DNA of 45,651 bases. Origin: an uncultured Methanosarcinales archaeon. GTDB lineage: Archaea; Nanobdellota; Nanobdellia; Woesearchaeales; GW2011-AR9. The stretch is taken from assembly GCA_964464055.1 (NCBI GenBank), contig CAYXEO010000005.1:1-45651 (forward strand), in the 5' to 3' direction. The notes beneath the pieces are model-generated. The model was not told where the DNA came from. It worked only from the letters and a program-made list of their open reading frames with translations, and did no database searches. Both the position numbers and the translations under genes were made by a program. Numbering within the stretch: position 1 is the stretch's first letter; every line of letters starts with the position of its first letter. Shown piece by piece: positions 1 through 12,683 of the stretch.

Positions 1-54
1 GGAATTTTCCCAAATTGGCTACGCCAACTTCGGATAATCGCGATGTTATACGCA
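1..54 (+). mobile_element. 3' half of an attC-like site (truncated by window edge)
   Basis: AACTTCGGATAATCGCGATGTTA (26-48) resembles AACTTCGGTTAAATCGGATGTTA (381-403); ends in core GTTATAC. Confidence 0.6.
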
Positions 55-245
55 AAATTCAATTTGCTCTCCTTGCTGAGAGTTCCTTAATTTTCTTTAC
101 GAGTTAAATCGTTTAATGTGATTAAACGCAATTTTTTGCTAACTTATTCGTTTTATATAATTCTAAAACTCTTGCCAAAAAACTACATTATCTCTAAAAA
201 TCAAGCAAATTGAATGCTCCCCTCCCCATAACAAGTATGGGTCGG

Positions 246-408
246 TGCGTATAACACGATTTAACAGGTTACGAAAAATGAGCCTCTACTCTAAAGGTTT
301 CCTTCTCATTTTTCTTCACCCAAATTTTCACCTTTGCTTTGCAACTCCCTAGCCTGTGCGTAAACTGCACCGCCCTAGAAAACTTCGGTTAAATCGGATG
401 TTAGTTTC
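246..408 (+). mobile_element. attC-like recombination site
   Basis: R''-like TGCGTATAAC 246-255; CGATTTAAC 257-265 pairs with GTTAAATCG 388-396; R'-like GTTAGTTTC 400-408; internal stems. Confidence 0.7.
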
Positions 409-500
409 AATTCAGAAAGAGCAAATTAGGAAAATGGGCAAACTCAAATTTCAATAAGTTTATAAATAATTTAAAATTATTGTAAGTAAGAGGAACTAAA

Positions 501-1058
501 ATGGGTTTATTATCTAAATGGTTACATAATATACGAACAAAACTAGTAAGTCCTTATGTTAGGGGGGATGTTCTTGACATTGGTTGTGGTCCTGCTACTA
601 ATTTAAAAATCTCCAAAAACAAAATAAATACTTATGTTGGGATAGAATACGATTCTGAATTAGTGAAAAAATTAAATAATAAGCATGCTGGTTCAAAATT
701 TTTTCAAAAAGATTTAGATGTAGATACTTTTGATTTTAATGAGAAATTTGATCGTATTCTATTGATTGCTGTTATAGAGCATATTTTTAATCAAAAGCAT
801 TTATTGAAAGAATGCTTAAAGTATCTTAAACCTGATGGCAAAATCATTATTACTACACCAACCCCATTTGGTAATGATGTAGTTCATAGATTGGGTGCCA
901 GCTTTGGTTTATTTAGCAAAGATGCAAGTGATGATCATATAGTAATATACAATAAAAAAAGATTTGAGATTCTAGCAAATGAATTTAACCTGAAAATTGA
1001 AAAATATAAGAAATTTGAGTTAGGATGTAACCAGCTAGTCATTTTAACCAGAGAATAA
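501..1058 (+). CDS. Class I SAM-dependent methyltransferase (cassette cargo)
   Basis: VLDIGCGPA motif I, AVIEH, LKPDGKIIITTP; TTTATAAA box and GAGGA RBS upstream. Confidence 0.9.
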   Translation: MGLLSKWLHNIRTKLVSPYVRGDVLDIGCGPATNLKISKNKINTYVGIEYDSELVKKLNNKHAGSKFFQKDLDVDTFDFNEKFDRILLIAVIEHIFNQKHLLKECLKYLKPDGKIIITTPTPFGNDVVHRLGASFGLFSKDASDDHIVIYNKKRFEILANEFNLKIEKYKKFELGCNQLVILTRE

Positions 1059-1171
1059 TTTGAGTTTGCCCTTGATTCTTTTGCTTTATTGCTCACTGTG
1101 TTCGTCTTATAGCATTTGCTCTTTCTGAACTTTGGATTTTTCGGCTTCGCCGAACGTTGCACTAAAATCCA

Positions 1172-1365
1172 ACCTCTAACGAGGGAAACTAACAGGAATT
1201 TAACGGTTACGAAACCTTGCAGGTTTCTCCACCCAAAAAATATTATTTCTAAATCATAAAAACGGCATTCTCAAAAACTTTGATTTTTTGCTCATCGAGC
1301 ATCGTTGCACTAAAAATCAATCCCTCCAAGTATTCGGACGAAACTAACAGGACGATGTTAGAGGT
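1172..1365 (+). mobile_element. Degenerate terminal attC-like site
   Basis: GAAACTAAC 1185-1193 is followed by AGGAATTTAACGGTTACG, similar to 256-273; ACCTCTAAC 1172-1180 pairs with GTTAGAGGT 1357-1365. Confidence 0.5.
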
Positions 1366-1429
1366 GATAATTTTTTGAGCTAAAAGTAGAATTATGTTTT
1401 GACTAAACCGAAAAAAAAAGAAAAAAACC

Positions 1430-2746
1430 CTAAAGTTGGTCGTCAACCCAAATGTTAATTCTGGATGAACTTTTAACTTTGGTATTTGAACCAACTAAAT
1501 GTGTTATGCTTAATCTTTCTGCAACTTTAACTAAATCTAAATCAATCGCACCATCTAAAACTAAGGCATAAATCCCACCATTAAGACTTTTAACAGTAGT
1601 TGTTAATTCACTTAAGGGCACTTTACCCAAAATGTTTAATTTTGCATCAAAAATACAAGCTCCTCGAGTACCAAATAAATCATCTAATACTTGTTTGAAC
1701 CGCTTCTTTTCTTCCGGCGATAAAGTTTTCTTACTTATCCCACCAGAAGGTACCCTTGGTTTAACATTGTTGTTAGGTAACTGTCTTTGATTTCTGTTAG
1801 AGTTACCACGACTGTTCCGATCATTTCGCGGATTAGTTTTTTGGTAAGGTTTCTTGTTAAAATTTGTTCTTACAGACCGTTCAGTAGGGACTTTCAAAGA
1901 ACCATCTTCATTAACTCCTAAATCTAATTTAGCTTGTTCAGCAGTCATTTTACCACGTAAAGCTTTATGAATTTCTTTCTTAGTAATTTCTTCAACTTCT
2001 TTTCCATCCGGTGCCTTACATACAGAATCTATATCCGCTACACTTAACAATTCTCGAATAATTAAGTCCCCACCACGGTCACCATCAACAAATATAGTAG
2101 TATTTTTTAATTTTGTAATTTCTTTGATTGATTCCGGACAAGAAGTACCATTCATTGCAATTGCATTTTTGAAACCATGTTTTAGTAAGTTGATTACATC
2201 AGCACGACCCTCTACAATAATGATATCTTCACTTTCTTCCACTGCTGGACCTGCTGTTAACCTTTCTTTACCATAATTAACAACTTCCATCATTCTTACT
2301 GACTGTGATACTTCATCAGCTAACTCTTGTGAATCTGGTAATGTTCTTTCTGTTAAATTTTTCAAAAGATCTTTTGCTCTATCAATTACAAACTGTCTTT
2401 TACTTACTCTAATATCTTCAATTTTTTGAACTTCAACTTTAGCGTTACAAGGACCAATTCGCTGGATTATTTCTAATGCTGCTGCAATAATTGCCGTCTC
2501 AGTTTTATCCAAACTACTTGGGATTATTATTTCTCCTTTAGTTTTTCCAGCACTAGTTGCTACATTAACTTCAATCCTACCAATACGACCACTTCGTTGT
2601 AACTCCCTTAGTTCTAAATCATTACCCAATAATCCTTCAGTTTGTCCAAAGATTGCTCCGATAACATCTGGCCGATCTACGACCCCTTCAATATCAATAG
2701 TTGAATTTACAATATATTTTGCTGCTACTTGACTTATTTTTGCCAT
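1430..2746 (-). CDS. dnaG: Archaeal DnaG-type primase (TOPRIM)
   Basis: GAIFGQTEGLLG, IIVEGRADV and FVDGDRGG motifs; start reassigned to MAKIS at 2746 because of the GGAG RBS. Confidence 0.93.
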   Translation of the reverse strand: MAKISQVAAKYIVNSTIDIEGVVDRPDVIGAIFGQTEGLLGNDLELRELQRSGRIGRIEVNVATSAGKTKGEIIIPSSLDKTETAIIAAALEIIQRIGPCNAKVEVQKIEDIRVSKRQFVIDRAKDLLKNLTERTLPDSQELADEVSQSVRMMEVVNYGKERLTAGPAVEESEDIIIVEGRADVINLLKHGFKNAIAMNGTSCPESIKEITKLKNTTIFVDGDRGGDLIIRELLSVADIDSVCKAPDGKEVEEITKKEIHKALRGKMTAEQAKLDLGVNEDGSLKVPTERSVRTNFNKKPYQKTNPRNDRNSRGNSNRNQRQLPNNNVKPRVPSGGISKKTLSPEEKKRFKQVLDDLFGTRGACIFDAKLNILGKVPLSELTTTVKSLNGGIYALVLDGAIDLDLVKVAERLSITHLVGSNTKVKSSSRINIWVDDQL

Positions 2747-2767
2747 TTTTATTATTTCTCCATTTAA

Positions 2768-3093
2768 GCATTGGGTATTGAACGCAACGAATGTGAGCAC
2801 AATGCCAATTATAGAAAGAGTTGTTTTAACTAAGTCCACTTTCGTTTAGCGGACAATACTTTTTTACTATTTTAACGCCTAACTTTAAGGCAAATGAAAT
2901 GGTTGATTTGTCAATTTCAACCGATGATTAAAGTATAATTTTAGTAACAAACTCTTTCTTTTTTTGTTATTATGTTTATTGTCTATTTTGTCTTTTTTTA
3001 ATTGTTATTTGAATATGAAGCCCGAGTCACTAACCCCCAAGTTCATTGCTTGGTTTAACCGTGAGCTCCCGCAGGTACTCTCGTGTCGGGCTT
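2768..3093 (-). ncRNA. Putative structured 5' leader / ncRNA upstream of dnaG
   Basis: Nested stems with G-U pairs favouring the minus strand; begins about 23 nt after a TTTATATA box. Confidence 0.5.
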
Positions 3094-3116
3094 AAAAAAA
3101 TAATTTGATACCATCT

Positions 3117-3131
3117 TATATAAATGTGTCG
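3117..3131 (-). promoter_or_regulatory. TATA promoter for the dnaG leader
   Basis: CGACACATTTATATA on the minus strand. Confidence 0.65.
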
Positions 3132-3271
3132 TTATAAATTAACAGAAAAAAGATAAGTGCCTAAAGAGAACTTCGAATAATTACATATTTTCAAATATTT
3201 GCTATGAAAATAATGTATTTTATTAATATGCAAAATTCTCTAAAAATAATACTAACTACACAGGAAATATG

Positions 3272-3333
3272 AAAAAAAAACCCTTAAGCCAACCTAAATT
3301 GACTCAGGGAAAAGAGGTGGTTTGAGGTGTTAA
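3272..3333 (-). ncRNA. Putative small RNA with terminator hairpin and U-tract
   Basis: Promoter CCGAAACATTTATATA 3371-3356; hairpin CCCUGAGUCAA..UUGGCUUAAGGG followed by U9; no ORF. Confidence 0.5.
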
Positions 3334-3505
3334 TACTTACCAAAGAGTGGTGTTTTATATAAATGTTTCGGCCATTTATTACTTGTTAGTGTCAAATTTG
3401 CAGAAATGATGAGATAACTAAACCATTATTTAACAAAACTAAATGAAAATATCTATAATAAAAAATAAATAAATAAATAAATAAATAAACCCTCTTTAAT
3501 TAGTA

Positions 3506-3802
3506 TTAATTTGATAAATCCTGTTTACCCGATAAAGTTGCCACATGATCTTGAACAACAATGTTTAATTCTACCAAATCGTTAATAACCAAATCGTTCC
3601 CAACCAAATAAAAAGAAACATTTCTTAAATCCCTTACCCTGACTTTCTCAATGTTTCTCAAATTTAATACTTTGAATGGCACCTTAGCTTCTAAGTGTGG
3701 ATTATTTACATCAAATAAACCAATAAACGCAGTCCGATAACTATCGTCATCATTACCTGGTTTCTTGCTTACGGTTACACTTTTTACTTTGTAAGTTTCC
3801 AT
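3506..3802 (-). CDS. Hypothetical protein
   Basis: 98-aa ORF tightly coupled to the upstream genes. Confidence 0.75.
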   Translation of the reverse strand: METYKVKSVTVSKKPGNDDDSYRTAFIGLFDVNNPHLEAKVPFKVLNLRNIEKVRVRDLRNVSFYLVGNDLVINDLVELNIVVQDHVATLSGKQDLSN

Positions 3803-3805
3803 ATT

Positions 3806-4162
3806 CTACTTAATGAAGTCCTCATTTTTAAAGATTACTAAAATTTTCTGTTGATGTAAATAATATGATACTCCGAATCCAATACCAAAAAATACAAAAG
3901 ACCAAAAACGACTTATCCAAAACCCACCAATTAAAAAACCAAATAAAAATCCAACAATTAACAAAACAAACGGTAAAATTGGTTCTTTGTGCCGTTTGAT
4001 GTAATAAATTCTACCAGCTAATGCCCCTGCTAAAAAAATAGAAAAATAACCCCAGATTGGATTAAATGATAACAAAGCAATAATAAAACCTACCGTTAAT
4101 ACTAATAAAACTATGTTCTCTACCCAACTTTCATCCCATTTGTCTAAATTTAATCCACCCAT
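3806..4162 (-). CDS. Small multi-TM membrane protein
   Basis: About 4 hydrophobic segments; operonic spacing. Confidence 0.8.
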   Translation of the reverse strand: MGGLNLDKWDESWVENIVLLVLTVGFIIALLSFNPIWGYFSIFLAGALAGRIYYIKRHKEPILPFVLLIVGFLFGFLIGGFWISRFWSFVFFGIGFGVSYYLHQQKILVIFKNEDFIK

Positions 4163-4164
4163 TT

Positions 4165-4911
4165 TTATTTCTCCGAACTAATTAATGTGTTAATAATTGC
4201 CACTAAAGCACCTAAAAAAATCACCATGATTAACCCAACCCGGGTCCCAGTAATTAATAGTGCCGAAACTAAAAAAGTTATCGCAATGATAGTGGCATAT
4301 AATACCCTTGATCCAAAAAAGATGGCCATTCCATCTAACCATGGTAAAGGTAACAATGAACAAAAAGCCATCACTAAATTTAAAATCACTGCCTTTTGAA
4401 AAAAATAACTTTCTGGGAAAATGTAAACCCCTACCGAAAATAGTGTCGCTAAAATCAAATTGGCAATGATACCATGGAACGCGATCATGCCCACAGCACC
4501 ATAAGATTGTCCGTACCGAAATTCTCCCAATCGCTGTTTAACAACAAAAGCAGAAACCATTGTCCCAGCAAAAATTAATGGAACATAGCCGTTACTAATC
4601 AAAGCGATAAATAATGAAACTAAAAGTCCTGCCCACCAAACATTGAAAGTTGGTTTGTGCCCTTCCTCGAGCCCCTTGATTTTCTGATATGAAAACCGAG
4701 CAAAAAAGGTTATCACAGCAACAAATAAAACAGTCACAAAATTAGAAAGGCCTAATGATAAATTGAAAGTTTCTTCGCCCCAATCCCGGAACGAGAAAAT
4801 AAATGCTACCACAAATATAGAAGCTAGAATCCCAATTAACTCTTGCTTACTAAAACCGAACTGACCCTTTATCCGAGCTTTTAACTCCTTACCACTCACC
4901 ATCTTAAACAT
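4165..4911 (-). CDS. M50/site-2-protease-like membrane protein lacking HExxH
   Basis: SLLPLPWLDG matches NLLPxxxLDG; multi-TM; no HExxH. Confidence 0.6.
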   Translation of the reverse strand: MFKMVSGKELKARIKGQFGFSKQELIGILASIFVVAFIFSFRDWGEETFNLSLGLSNFVTVLFVAVITFFARFSYQKIKGLEEGHKPTFNVWWAGLLVSLFIALISNGYVPLIFAGTMVSAFVVKQRLGEFRYGQSYGAVGMIAFHGIIANLILATLFSVGVYIFPESYFFQKAVILNLVMAFCSLLPLPWLDGMAIFFGSRVLYATIIAITFLVSALLITGTRVGLIMVIFLGALVAIINTLISSEK

Positions 4912-5090
4912 AATGTAATTAAAGAAATATATAAAAGTGTTGGTTTGTGGTATGTATTAAGTTGACAACATCATTTTAAACAATTTCTTGCCCAACCCAC
5001 TAACAAATTCTATTAAAAAACGTGTTAAGTGAGGAATAAAGAGACGAACTTAATACGTTCGGTTTGTTAATTTTAAAAAAACAAAACAAT

Positions 5091-6159
5091 TCACAACTTT
5101 TGCAACACCACAACCTTGTGCACATTACCACCTTTGTCAAACTCTTCTTCAGAAACTAACTTGAACTTGCCAGATACAGTAGGTGCAAACTTCTGTCGGC
5201 CGATAAGTAACAATTTGCCACCTTGTTTCAAAACGTAACTTGCCTGATAATATATCTCGTTCAATTTGTCTTCATCTTTCTGAGTTAATTGTAATGTGAA
5301 ATTGTCAAATTGACCTTCTTCATATTTGACATCCAACTCATCAAGCATACATTTAATAACTTCTACATTATTCTTTACCCCAGCTAATAAAGCGTTCTTG
5401 TTCGCTGCTGTAACATTCTGCCTGGAACTATCAAAAGCAAACACCTTCTTATCTTGGCCACTAAACCCTGATCTAAACCCAATAAAATCAAACTCACATA
5501 AGAGGGGGAATTTGCCGAACGAATACCGAGAAACTTTTTTACTTAAAACTGGTAACTCATTGGTATGCAAAACTGCTTCAATCGCTAATGTGCCATCCTT
5601 AACAAAACCAACTAATAACTTACCATCAGAAAACCCAACTTTCCTGACAAAATAATATGCTAAATCGCCCTTGAAAGATGCAGAATTAGTAAACAACCGA
5701 TAATGCCGAGAAGTTAATTCCACCCCACATACATCAAGTGCTAAATTGTAATTTTCACCATCAAAATAAACAAAAATTATTAATTGTGGTTTCCTTAATT
5801 CAATCTGGGGCGAAATACCGATTGTATCAAACACTTTGAACACCTGCCCAACAACATGTTTAGAAATCGCTAACCGGTTCTTATGCCCCTTGACACCTAA
5901 AACTTCGACTTTAAAATTTAGCTCAGAAGAAAAATAATTTTTCCAAGCGAAATCAAGGGCAGAAATATCTAACATCTCTATTTTAGGCACTTTTGCCAAG
6001 AATAAACCAACTCTTTTGGCCGCCTGAGTTCGATAAACATACTTTAACAACTGCTTAAAATCAGATACAGAAAAATCCAGAACTTGACCACTAACTTGTG
6101 CATCTACATTGATAAGTTCTTTAACTTCCTGCTGTGCTAATTGCTCAACACCTGCTTCA

Positions 6160-6185
<26 letters not shown>
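5091..6185 (-). CDS. THUMP-domain RNA methyltransferase-like protein (Trm14/RlmL-like), degenerate motifs
   Basis: AGVEQLAQQEV N-terminus, THUMP region, LTSRHYR, DGTLAIEA, NALLAGV. Confidence 0.75.
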
Positions 6186-10329
<4,144 letters not shown>

Positions 10330-10461
10330 TTAATAAGTTCGATAATATCGCCGAAAAATAAGCATCACAAAATAACCTTTATCGACGATAAAATACATTT
10401 AAAAAAAGAGTTTGGAGGTTTATAAAGATTGCGGTTATGAAAAAGTAAAAAAAGAAATAAG

Positions 10462-11088
10462 CTATTCGTCTTTATGAACTTCTTCCATTGCGTTCTTGAT
10501 TTCGTCTTTAGCAGCAGATTCTTTCTCTTCCAAATCAATTAATCGTTCAACCTCATCAGCCTCTTTGTTAACATCTTCCGCATTATCCAATATCGCTGCC
10601 GGGACTTGTTTCAAAAATGCTTCTTTAGCTTCCGCACTTGGTAAATCGAAATAATTAAAAAACTTCTTAGTTAATTTCACCCTATAAGTTCGACCAAATC
10701 GCTCTTTGGCAATAAAACCTTGCTCAACTAACGCTCGCATATGATCATAAGCACCTGCGCCACGTAATTTGATAATTTCTGATTGAACAATCGGATATCT
10801 CCAAGCTACAACTGCTAATGTCTCCATTAACGGCCGATCCAACTCCGTTGAAGAAACTAAATTACTTACTAAAGGTACAAATTCATCAAGAACAGTCAAT
10901 TTCCAACCATTATCCTTTTTAGCTATTTGTAACGAATTATCTTGCTCGGCATATTTTGCAGACAAAACTTCCATGATTTCATCTACCTTTTTAACATTTA
11001 AAGAACACAAACTAGAAATTCTTTCGGAACTAATTTCCTTCCCCACCGCGAATAAAATCGCTTCAACCCTCTTCTCATTAATTTTCAT
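10462..11088 (-). CDS. scpB: SMC-Scp complex subunit ScpB
   Basis: VEAILFA, METLAVVAWRYPIVQSEI, KFFNYFDL. Confidence 0.9.
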   Translation of the reverse strand: MKINEKRVEAILFAVGKEISSERISSLCSLNVKKVDEIMEVLSAKYAEQDNSLQIAKKDNGWKLTVLDEFVPLVSNLVSSTELDRPLMETLAVVAWRYPIVQSEIIKLRGAGAYDHMRALVEQGFIAKERFGRTYRVKLTKKFFNYFDLPSAEAKEAFLKQVPAAILDNAEDVNKEADEVERLIDLEEKESAAKDEIKNAMEEVHKDE

Positions 11089-11203
11089 GGTTAATATTAT
11101 TTAGTAAGTGTTTAAATAATTATCTTTTTTTTAACAAGGTGGTGAAAATTAAAAACATAAAACGCAAACAAAAATAAAAAACAAAAAATAAAAAAACAAC
11201 AAA

Positions 11204-11776
11204 CTAATCTTTCTTCAAAGAATAAATTCCGTCTTTAAGCTCAACCTTACCAGAATCAATTAATTGGTCCAAAAAGTCCCCTAATTTCTCTTCATTTATT
11301 CCTGTTAAACCCGCTAATTGCTTAGAACTCAAATTACCCTTACTCAATAAAACAGTCAAATAATTCTTTAATAATCCCCCCATATTTCGCCTTAAATGAC
11401 TATTCTCTACTCTCATCTGTTTAGCAAACATATCTATTTGGTGCAATTTCGCTTGTAAATCATTCAAAAAAGAAGAAAATTCCTGATCACTAACTTTCAT
11501 TTCGGTTGGTTCTATTACTTCAATTAAAGAAGGCATGTAATCAAAACAAAATCCTGTTAAATTATCAATTTTATCCGTTCTAATTTCTAACTCTGCGAAA
11601 GTGGCCCAAAGTTCTCCCTTATCTTGTTTTTTAATTTCAGCAAACTCTTCACTGACAACTTCGAATTCTTTACTCCCTTTAAGTTTTTCAACATATTCTC
11701 TGATAGATTTTTCAACATGCTCCTGAGGCTTACCTAAAACCTCAATTACAGCCCGAAAAAGTATTTTTTTTTCCAT
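11204..11776 (-). CDS. Hypothetical protein with C-terminal winged-helix-like segment
   Basis: LSSKQLAGLTGI..LDQLIDSGKV. Confidence 0.75.
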   Translation of the reverse strand: MEKKILFRAVIEVLGKPQEHVEKSIREYVEKLKGSKEFEVVSEEFAEIKKQDKGELWATFAELEIRTDKIDNLTGFCFDYMPSLIEVIEPTEMKVSDQEFSSFLNDLQAKLHQIDMFAKQMRVENSHLRRNMGGLLKNYLTVLLSKGNLSSKQLAGLTGINEEKLGDFLDQLIDSGKVELKDGIYSLKKD

Positions 11777-11885
11777 GCGATTTTAAGAAGATTACTTGTT
11801 TTTAAGGTTTCCTATTCTCATTTTACTACTTATTAGTGATTAATTTGAGAAAGATTTATAAAGAAATGACCCTTTTAGTAGTAAT

Positions 11886-12683
11886 ATGAAGAAAAAAATC
11901 TTACCATTAACTACCTTGTACTTTTTGATACTTTTCACAGTAGTTATTGTTAGTATGTTCTCTGTACCGGAAATAGAAGATTATCCAGAAACTAACTATA
12001 TTAAAGGAGCCCACAGAGGTAGTTCTATTGATTTTGTAGAAAATACTTTGGATGCTTTTGCTGAAGCTGTAAATGATGACCAGTATCAATTTGTTGAATA
12101 TGATATCCAATATACCAAAGATGGAAAAATTGTTGTATTTCATGATTTGAGTTTGTTCAGATTTCAAAAACAAATGTTTAAAGTTAAAGATCTTACTTAT
12201 GAAGAATTGGTAGAATTGAGTAGGTACAATGTCCCTTTATATGAAGAAGTAATGGATATCATCGGTGACAAAAAGAGAATCAACATTGAAATTAAATCTC
12301 AAGGAGACTTAGAACAAGATAAAAAACTAGTCGAATTCGTTTTGGAAGATTGCCAAAAAAGAGGTATTTCCAACCAAATTTTGTTCAGTTCAATATCAAA
12401 AGATGTTGTTAAATATATTAAAACTGCCCACCCAGAATTAAAAGTTGGCCAAATATTTTTAACTAATATGGCAACCTATTTTACCACAGACTATTTCACT
12501 TTACAATTTTATGACATGGTGGAACAAGAAACTGGCGCAGACTATATTATGTTACACGGTCAAAACCTTAGAAACATCGCTTCGTTAATGAAACTAAAAC
12601 CAGCAGATAAAACACTTGTATTCTGGTACTTTGATGACCAAATGTATGTTATGCAAGATGGTAACGAATTAAGTTGGGGCTAA
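11886..12683 (+). CDS. Membrane-anchored glycerophosphodiester phosphodiesterase
   Basis: AHRG, ENTLDAF, EYDIQYTKDG..VVFHD, NIEIK; N-terminal TM. Confidence 0.9.
   Translation: MKKKILPLTTLYFLILFTVVIVSMFSVPEIEDYPETNYIKGAHRGSSIDFVENTLDAFAEAVNDDQYQFVEYDIQYTKDGKIVVFHDLSLFRFQKQMFKVKDLTYEELVELSRYNVPLYEEVMDIIGDKKRINIEIKSQGDLEQDKKLVEFVLEDCQKRGISNQILFSSISKDVVKYIKTAHPELKVGQIFLTNMATYFTTDYFTLQFYDMVEQETGADYIMLHGQNLRNIASLMKLKPADKTLVFWYFDDQMYVMQDGNELSWG

Noticed and set aside
1..1365. CRISPR array or IS element
   Set aside because: No regularly spaced identical repeats, no transposase and no evident target duplication
2747..2839. N-terminal extensions in the ORF track (dnaG; likewise 16157, 21306, 40377, 41909)
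   Set aside because: They run through leaders, promoters or neighbouring genes; better starts have RBS or TATA support
2768..3093. RNase P, SRP, 5S or tRNA identity
   Set aside because: No GAGGAAAGUCC P4 motif, SRP helix-8 motif or T-loop seen
5001..5069. Hairpin AACGTGTTAAGT/ACTTAATACGTT
   Set aside because: Single stem at a gene 3' end with no promoter evidence; probably a terminator or stability element
11204..11776. scpA call for the gene next to scpB
   Set aside because: No recognisable N-terminal kleisin motif
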